Positions 58,655-64,000 of a stretch of DNA of 64,000 bases are shown here, one piece after another. Below the pieces are notes generated by a model. The model ran no database searches and was not told the origin of the DNA. It saw nothing but the letters and a program-made list of their open reading frames with translations. Origin of the DNA: Faecousia sp. (GTDB lineage Bacteria > Bacillota > Clostridia > Oscillospirales > Oscillospiraceae); assembly GCA_045589195.1 (NCBI GenBank), contig JAZNFY010000003.1:13254-77253 (forward strand), read 5' to 3'. Numbering within the stretch: the stretch's first letter is position 1; every line of letters begins with the position of its first letter. A program made the translations under genes and the position numbers.

Positions 58655-59674
58655 TTAGCCCATGTAGAAAATGTTCTGCTCTTTCAGAGCATCGATGTTC
58701 TCCTTGGTGTACCAAACACCGGGGATACCCACGTCAGCAACAGTCTTGCCTTCCAGCTTGGCGATGGCCAGCTCAACGGACTTGTAGCCGATGTTGTAGG
58801 AGTCCTGAGCGACGGAGCCAACCAGCAGGGGGTAGGTAGCGCCGGCGTCCTTGATCCAGTCGTGCTGGTTGGTGCCAGCATCAAATCCGCAGAACAGGAT
58901 GTCCTTGTAGGGCTCGGTGTTAACGCTGATAGCGGGGAACACTTCGTTGATGATGCCTTCGTTGGTCATGAAGATGGACTGTGCGCCCCAGGTCTGCAGA
59001 GCGTTCAGAGCCATTTCGTACTCGCCCTCGTTGTTAGCCTTGACTTGCAGGTTGATGCTCAGCTCGTAGCCGTCAGCGGTAGCCAGTTCCTTGATCTTGT
59101 CCTCAAAGCCCTTGGCACGGTCAATACCGGTGGCGGAGGAGTCGTGCTGAATGATGCCGACCTTGTAGCCGTCAGTCAGAACGTTCTGAGCTTTCAGGTA
59201 AGCATAGAAGTTGGTGGCAACGATGGCAGCAGCAGCCTCGTTGTCGGTAGCAACGGAGCCAATGGTGGGATCCTTGTCGGGATTCAGGTCAGCGCCGCCC
59301 TCGTACAGACCGGAGTCAAACTCGACAACGGGCAGGCCCTTGTCGTAAGCAGCGTTCAGCTCATCAGTAAAACCCAGGCCGATGGTAGCCAGAACGATAG
59401 CCTTCACGTTGGCATTGTTCAGAGCAGCCTGAACCATTTCGCGCTGCTCGGAAACGTACTCTTCGCTTTCCTTGGTGGGGCCGCGGAAAGTGATGGTGTA
59501 ACCGTTGTCAGCAGCAGCCTTCTCAGCGCCGGCTTTAACAGCCTGCCAGAAAGCGTGGGTTTCGCCCTTTGCAATGACAGCAATGACGCCCTTGGAGTCG
59601 GTCTCGGTGGGAGCGCAGGCTACCAGAGCCACGCCCATAACCAGAACCAGAAGCAATGCAATCAGTTTCTTCAT
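58655..59674 (-). CDS. Sugar ABC transporter substrate-binding lipoprotein (RbsB-like)
   Basis: Lipobox LVAC, FWQAVKAGA, VATDN, GFD, VAQDSYNIGY. Confidence 0.92.
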   Translation of the reverse strand: MKKLIALLLVLVMGVALVACAPTETDSKGVIAVIAKGETHAFWQAVKAGAEKAAADNGYTITFRGPTKESEEYVSEQREMVQAALNNANVKAIVLATIGLGFTDELNAAYDKGLPVVEFDSGLYEGGADLNPDKDPTIGSVATDNEAAAAIVATNFYAYLKAQNVLTDGYKVGIIQHDSSATGIDRAKGFEDKIKELATADGYELSINLQVKANNEGEYEMALNALQTWGAQSIFMTNEGIINEVFPAISVNTEPYKDILFCGFDAGTNQHDWIKDAGATYPLLVGSVAQDSYNIGYKSVELAIAKLEGKTVADVGIPGVWYTKENIDALKEQNIFYMG

Positions 59675-59749
59675 TTTGTTTTCCTCCTAAAATTTTTGTT
59701 GTTTTAATATATATAAAACCTCTCGGTTTTACTACGAAATAAGTGACTG

Positions 59750-60829
59750 TCAGGGTTTTGCTTTATCCGCAGCGATTGCCTTTTTCTCGGTAAGGGGAAT
59801 TTTAACCTTGGCAGCGGCCTTCTTTTTCAAGATATCCAGCATAACAGCGCCCACAACGATCACGCCGGTAACTGCGTAGGTGATGTTGGTAGCGGAGACC
59901 ACGCTGCCGCTGCTCAGGGCAATGTTCAGACCCTGACGGATGATGACCAGAATCATGGAGCCCAGAATGGTACCGGCAATGGAAGCAGTGCCGCCGGTGG
60001 TGCTGGTGCCGCCGATGTAAACGCCTGCGATGGCGTCCAGCTCCATGCCGTTGCCGGCTGCGATGGTCAAAGAGGGGTTGGCGGCGGTGTAGAACATGGC
60101 GGCGATGCCGGCGAAGGTACCGCCGATGGCATAAGCGATGATCTTATACTTATCAACGTTGATACCGGACAGACGGGCGGCTTCTTCGTTGGAGCCGATG
60201 GCCAGAATGTAGCGGCCGATTTTGGTTTTATACATGACGACCATGCAAATGATGGTCAGACCCAGCACCCAAATCAAACCGATGGGGAAACCTTCGTAGT
60301 TTACAAAGGTTTTTTGAAGCCAGCCGACGGTGGGGTACTTAACGGCGGAAGAGGTTTCGCGAACCAGTTCAGCTACCACAGCGGTCACACCGCGGGAAAC
60401 CAGCATAGTGCCCAGGGTGGCAATGAAGGGAGCCAGTTTGCACTTGGCTACCAGCAGGCCGTTGACCAGGCCAAAGATCAGACCAACACTCAACATGATG
60501 GGAATTGTCAGCCACAGGTTCTCAGTAACGGTAACAGTGGTGCGGCACAGAGCGCCGGCAAAAACAGCAGAGCCGACACACACGGTACCAATGGACAGGT
60601 CAATACCGCCGGTGGCAATGACGAAGGTGATGCCCAGAGCCAGAATGGCGTAGGGGACGAAGGACTTGGTCATGGTCAGCAGGTTGTGGCTGCTGGCAAA
60701 GCCGGGGTTGATCATGGTGAAGATAACGTACAGGACGATGGCGGCGGCAATAATGACCAGGTTCTGCTTGCCGGAGCGCAGCAGATTCTGAAGCTTATTG
60801 CCGCGGTTCAATAAAGTGTTGTTGCTCAT
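59750..60829 (-). CDS. Sugar ABC transporter permease (RbsC-like)
   Basis: GGIDLSIG, PFIATLG, GSNEEAARLSGI, ELDAIA. Confidence 0.94.
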   Translation of the reverse strand: MSNNTLLNRGNKLQNLLRSGKQNLVIIAAAIVLYVIFTMINPGFASSHNLLTMTKSFVPYAILALGITFVIATGGIDLSIGTVCVGSAVFAGALCRTTVTVTENLWLTIPIMLSVGLIFGLVNGLLVAKCKLAPFIATLGTMLVSRGVTAVVAELVRETSSAVKYPTVGWLQKTFVNYEGFPIGLIWVLGLTIICMVVMYKTKIGRYILAIGSNEEAARLSGINVDKYKIIAYAIGGTFAGIAAMFYTAANPSLTIAAGNGMELDAIAGVYIGGTSTTGGTASIAGTILGSMILVIIRQGLNIALSSGSVVSATNITYAVTGVIVVGAVMLDILKKKAAAKVKIPLTEKKAIAADKAKP

Positions 60830-60830
60830 A

Positions 60831-62330
60831 TCAATTCTCCTCTCGCATGGTAGCAAGTTGCATAATGTTTTCTTGGGTTGCCTCGGAAATGTCCAGCTCG
60901 CCGGTCTTACGGCCTTCACACATGACCACGATGCGGTCGCTCATGCGAAGCACTTCGGGAAGCTCAGAAGAGATCATAATAATGGATTTACCCTGATTAA
61001 CCAGTTCGTCCATCAGTGCATAGATCTCACTCTTGGCGCCCACGTCGATGCCGCGGGTGGGCTCGTCGAAGATGAAAATGTCGCAGTCTTTAATGAGCCA
61101 GCGAGCGATAATGACTTTCTGCTGGTTGCCACCGGAGAGGTTTTTCAGTAGCTGCTCCATGGAAGGGGTCTTGGTACGCATCAGCGCGTTGGTTTTGGCG
61201 GCGGCTTCGCGCATCTTGCCGTCGTTGATCCAGCCGGCAGTGATGAACTGATCCACGGAAGCCAAAACGGAGTTATCCGTAACCGATTTATCCAACATCA
61301 AGCCATAGCGCTTCCGGTCTTCGCTGAGGTAGCAGATGCCGTGCTTAACGGCTTGGGAAGGAGTCTTAATATTGACTTTTTTACCGTTGAGGAATATCTC
61401 GCCGGTTTGGCGGTGGTCAGCGCCGTACAGCGCCCGGGCAACTTCCGTGCGGCCAGCGCCCATGAGGCCTGCAAAGCCCAGAATCTCGCCCTTGCGCAGA
61501 TGAAAGCTCACATCCCGCACTTCCTTGCCGGCGTTGAGGTGCTTGACTTCCAAAATCACAGGAGCGTCAGCGGAAACATTGCTGACTTCCTTTTGCTCGC
61601 CCATGATTACACGGCCAACCATCATTTTTACGATATCATCTTTGGTGACGTCGGCGGTGTTTACGGTTCCCACATACTCGCCATCACGCATAACGGTGAC
61701 CCGGTCGGAGATCCGGTTGATTTCGTCCATACGGTGGGAGATGTAGATCATGCCGATGCCCTGCTTTTTCAGGTCGTTCATAATTCCAAACAGGGCTTCC
61801 ACTTCCGGGAGGGTAAGAGCGGCGGTGGGCTCATCCAGAACCAGAAGCTTACATTCCCGGGAAACTGCTTTGGCAATTTCAACCATCTGCTGTTTGCCGA
61901 CGGTGAGGCTGCCCAAGCGGACGGTGGGGTCGATATGTACGCCTAACCGATCGAACAGTGCCTGTGCTTCGGCTTCCATGGCCTTATCATCAATGAAGCC
62001 GCCCTTTTTAAATTCACGTCCGATGAACATGTTCTGAGCCACGGTCAGGTGGTTCATCATGTTCAGCTCCTGGTGGATGACGCTGATGCCTGCATCCTGG
62101 GCGTCGGAAATATTATTAAAATGTACTTCGTTGCCAAAGAGCTCCACGCTGCCGCCGTCCCGCTTGTGGATTCCGCACAGTACTTTAATTAATGTAGATT
62201 TACCGGCACCGTTCTCACCCATTAGTGCGTGGACTTCGCCTGCTTTCAGCTCAAAGTCTACGCCCTTGAGCGCATGCACGCCGGAGAAATATTTCTGAAT
62301 GCCTTGCATTTTCAGAATGACTTCACCCAT
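60831..62330 (-). CDS. Sugar ABC transporter ATPase (RbsA/MglA-like, double domain)
   Basis: GENGAGKST, LDEPT, LSGGNQQKV, DEPTRGIDVG. Confidence 0.95.
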   Translation of the reverse strand: MGEVILKMQGIQKYFSGVHALKGVDFELKAGEVHALMGENGAGKSTLIKVLCGIHKRDGGSVELFGNEVHFNNISDAQDAGISVIHQELNMMNHLTVAQNMFIGREFKKGGFIDDKAMEAEAQALFDRLGVHIDPTVRLGSLTVGKQQMVEIAKAVSRECKLLVLDEPTAALTLPEVEALFGIMNDLKKQGIGMIYISHRMDEINRISDRVTVMRDGEYVGTVNTADVTKDDIVKMMVGRVIMGEQKEVSNVSADAPVILEVKHLNAGKEVRDVSFHLRKGEILGFAGLMGAGRTEVARALYGADHRQTGEIFLNGKKVNIKTPSQAVKHGICYLSEDRKRYGLMLDKSVTDNSVLASVDQFITAGWINDGKMREAAAKTNALMRTKTPSMEQLLKNLSGGNQQKVIIARWLIKDCDIFIFDEPTRGIDVGAKSEIYALMDELVNQGKSIIMISSELPEVLRMSDRIVVMCEGRKTGELDISEATQENIMQLATMREEN

Positions 62331-62469
62331 TATTCTTATCACCTTTCCTGATTTAGCTGGTTATGTGCGCACCAAAAAGACGAAAAACCGCGCAAGAGAG
62401 ACAGAAAAAAGTCCGTCTTTTTGGATATGAACATTTAAAAAATTTTTCGGTAGAACAGCAAAAAACAGA

Positions 62470-62483
62470 GCGAAACGTTTCGC
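62470..62483. promoter_or_regulatory. LacI-family operator O1
   Basis: Perfect palindrome GCGAAACGTTTCGC with central CG. Confidence 0.85.
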
Positions 62484-62635
62484 CTGTGCACCTTGATGAA
62501 AAGCGAGGGCAATTTAGAGATTATGGTAAACGATTTTTTGGGCAAATCCGCCAAAACCTCTTTTGCCAGGGCTCTTCTTGGCTATATATTATAACAAATC
62601 CACAAAAAAATCAAGATGTTTTTAAAAAAATTGTA

Positions 62636-62664
62636 TTGACAGCACAAAGCGAATTTAATATATT
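62636..62664 (+). promoter_or_regulatory. Sigma-A promoter of LacI regulator
   Basis: TTGACA-17 nt-TATTAT. Confidence 0.6.
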
Positions 62665-62700
62665 ATATTTAAGAAATATGCAGACAGAGGGGAAAAATGC

Positions 62701-62714
62701 GCGAAACGTTTCGC
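62701..62714. promoter_or_regulatory. LacI-family operator O2
   Basis: Second identical GCGAAACGTTTCGC just upstream of the regulator. Confidence 0.85.
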
Positions 62715-62738
62715 CCTACTGACGGAACGGAGGGCCTT

Positions 62739-63719
62739 ATGGCAACGATCAAAGATGTGGCGCAAAGAGCCGGCGTGGCAATGTCCACAGTTTCCAAATA
62801 CATAAACGGCGGCACGGTTCAACAGGACAATGCCCAGGCAATTCAGCAGGCCATCGCAGAGCTGGATTATCGGGTAAATCCCTTTGCCAGAAATTTAAAA
62901 ACCCAGCGCAGTCCGTCCATTGGGATTCTGCTTCCGGATATGACCGCGCCATTTTACGGCACAGTGGTCTCGGCACTGGATCGGGCGCTGCGGGAGCGGG
63001 GTTATCATACCCTGATCTCCTGTTACGGCTCCAACCACGGTTTGGAGCGGGACAATCTGCACTTTCTGATTACAAACGGCATTGACGGATTGGTTTATGT
63101 GCCGGAGGATCTGTCAGCAGACGAGTTCTATGAACTTACTGCCAACTGCAACATTCCCATGGTGCAGGTGGACCGGATCATACCCGGTGTCAAAAGCGAT
63201 GCAGTGCTGGTGGACAATGCAGGCGCAGTTTACCGTGCCATCAGCCGGTTGGTGGAAAAGGGTCATCGGAGAGTGGCGATTATAACCGGCCCCAAATCCG
63301 TATTCTCTGCAAAAGAGCGTTTGGTGGGTTATCTGCGTGCTCTTTCCGATCACGGAATATTATACGATGATGAATTGGTCATCAGCGGTCAGAACACCTT
63401 TTCAACCGGTTATCGTGGCTTTGAAACGTTGATGGCGTTGGAGGACCGACCCACAGCGGTGTTTACCACCAATTATGACATTACCATGGGCCTGATCACC
63501 GCAGCCCGGGAACGGGGATTCCATATTCCTGAGGATCTGGACGTATTTGGGTTTGACTGCGTGGAGGTTTGCGCTATGCTCAAACCACCGCTGCCGGTGG
63601 TACATCAGCCGGAGCAGGAGATCGGACAAACCGCAGCGGCTTATCTGGTGGACCGGCTTACAGGGTATAACGGCGAGCCCAGAATGACGCAGCTTAAATG
63701 TCAGCTGACGCCGAAATAA
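62739..63719 (+). CDS. LacI-family transcriptional regulator
   Basis: ATIKDVAQRAGVAMSTVS HTH, NPFARNL hinge, sugar-binding domain with GFD. Confidence 0.96.
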   Translation: MATIKDVAQRAGVAMSTVSKYINGGTVQQDNAQAIQQAIAELDYRVNPFARNLKTQRSPSIGILLPDMTAPFYGTVVSALDRALRERGYHTLISCYGSNHGLERDNLHFLITNGIDGLVYVPEDLSADEFYELTANCNIPMVQVDRIIPGVKSDAVLVDNAGAVYRAISRLVEKGHRRVAIITGPKSVFSAKERLVGYLRALSDHGILYDDELVISGQNTFSTGYRGFETLMALEDRPTAVFTTNYDITMGLITAARERGFHIPEDLDVFGFDCVEVCAMLKPPLPVVHQPEQEIGQTAAAYLVDRLTGYNGEPRMTQLKCQLTPK

Positions 63720-63802
63720 ATTTGGTTAGAGCACGTCGGTGTTTTAATATTATATATTTAATGTAGCTGTGTAAATTGCAGCAAGAATAAGGAGGAAAAA
63801 CT

Positions 63803-64000
63803 ATGGCAAAAAACAGATATGTAGGCGATTATCCGGTTATCGGCATTCGTCCCATCGTTGACGGCCGCCGCGGCCCCCAGATGATGCGTGAATCCCTGGA
63901 GCCCCTGGTTTGGGCAATGGCGGAATCCGCCAAGAAGCTGTTCGAGGAGAATCTGTTCTACTCCAACGGTGAACCTGTGAAGGTTGTTATGGCTGACACC
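63803..64000 (+). CDS. fucI: L-fucose/D-arabinose isomerase, N-terminal part (truncated by window edge)
   Basis: Manual translation MAKNRYVGDYPVIGIRPIVDGRRG...RESLE...NGEPVKVVMADT matches the FucI N-terminus (IGIRPxIDGRR); AGGAGG RBS. Confidence 0.88.
   Translation, partial: MAKNRYVGDYPVIGIRPIVDGRRGPQMMRESLEPLVWAMAESAKKLFEENLFYSNGEPVKVVMADT

Overview
Chromosomal window with no mobile element, from a moderately GC-rich anaerobic Firmicute (gene content and RBS/promoter style suggest a gut Oscillospiraceae-like clostridium; inferred). Left to right: rluD(partial)-lspA; an HPr-like gene; an RNA-modification and ribosome-rescue operon (mtaB, queH, THUMP methyltransferase, lipid kinase, mrnC, rqcH); DUF2207, orphan OppA-like and CapA genes; an AT-richer orphan GH4 gene; a ZTP-riboswitch-led purine operon (purE-C-F-M-N-O-H-D-L); a DUF2156+GNAT pair; rnfCDGEAB; MATE, nagA and ROK; DUF1846; trkAH; a CofE-like ligase; proC; serCA; dat; araM; MFS. 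The right end holds a LacI-controlled sugar locus (ABC importer, RhaB/FucK-like kinase, SrlD-like SDR, PHP protein, SorE-like reductase, AraK-like kinase, partial fucI). Best candidates for new biology: (1) this sugar locus, which looks like an aldolase-free 'phosphate-flip' route for D-arabinose or L-galactose; (2) a PurF with a degenerate glutaminase domain; (3) the soluble DUF2156/GNAT pair; (4) a divergent GH4 with tandem repeats in its promoter. No tRNA, rRNA, CRISPR, transposase or phage genes were seen.
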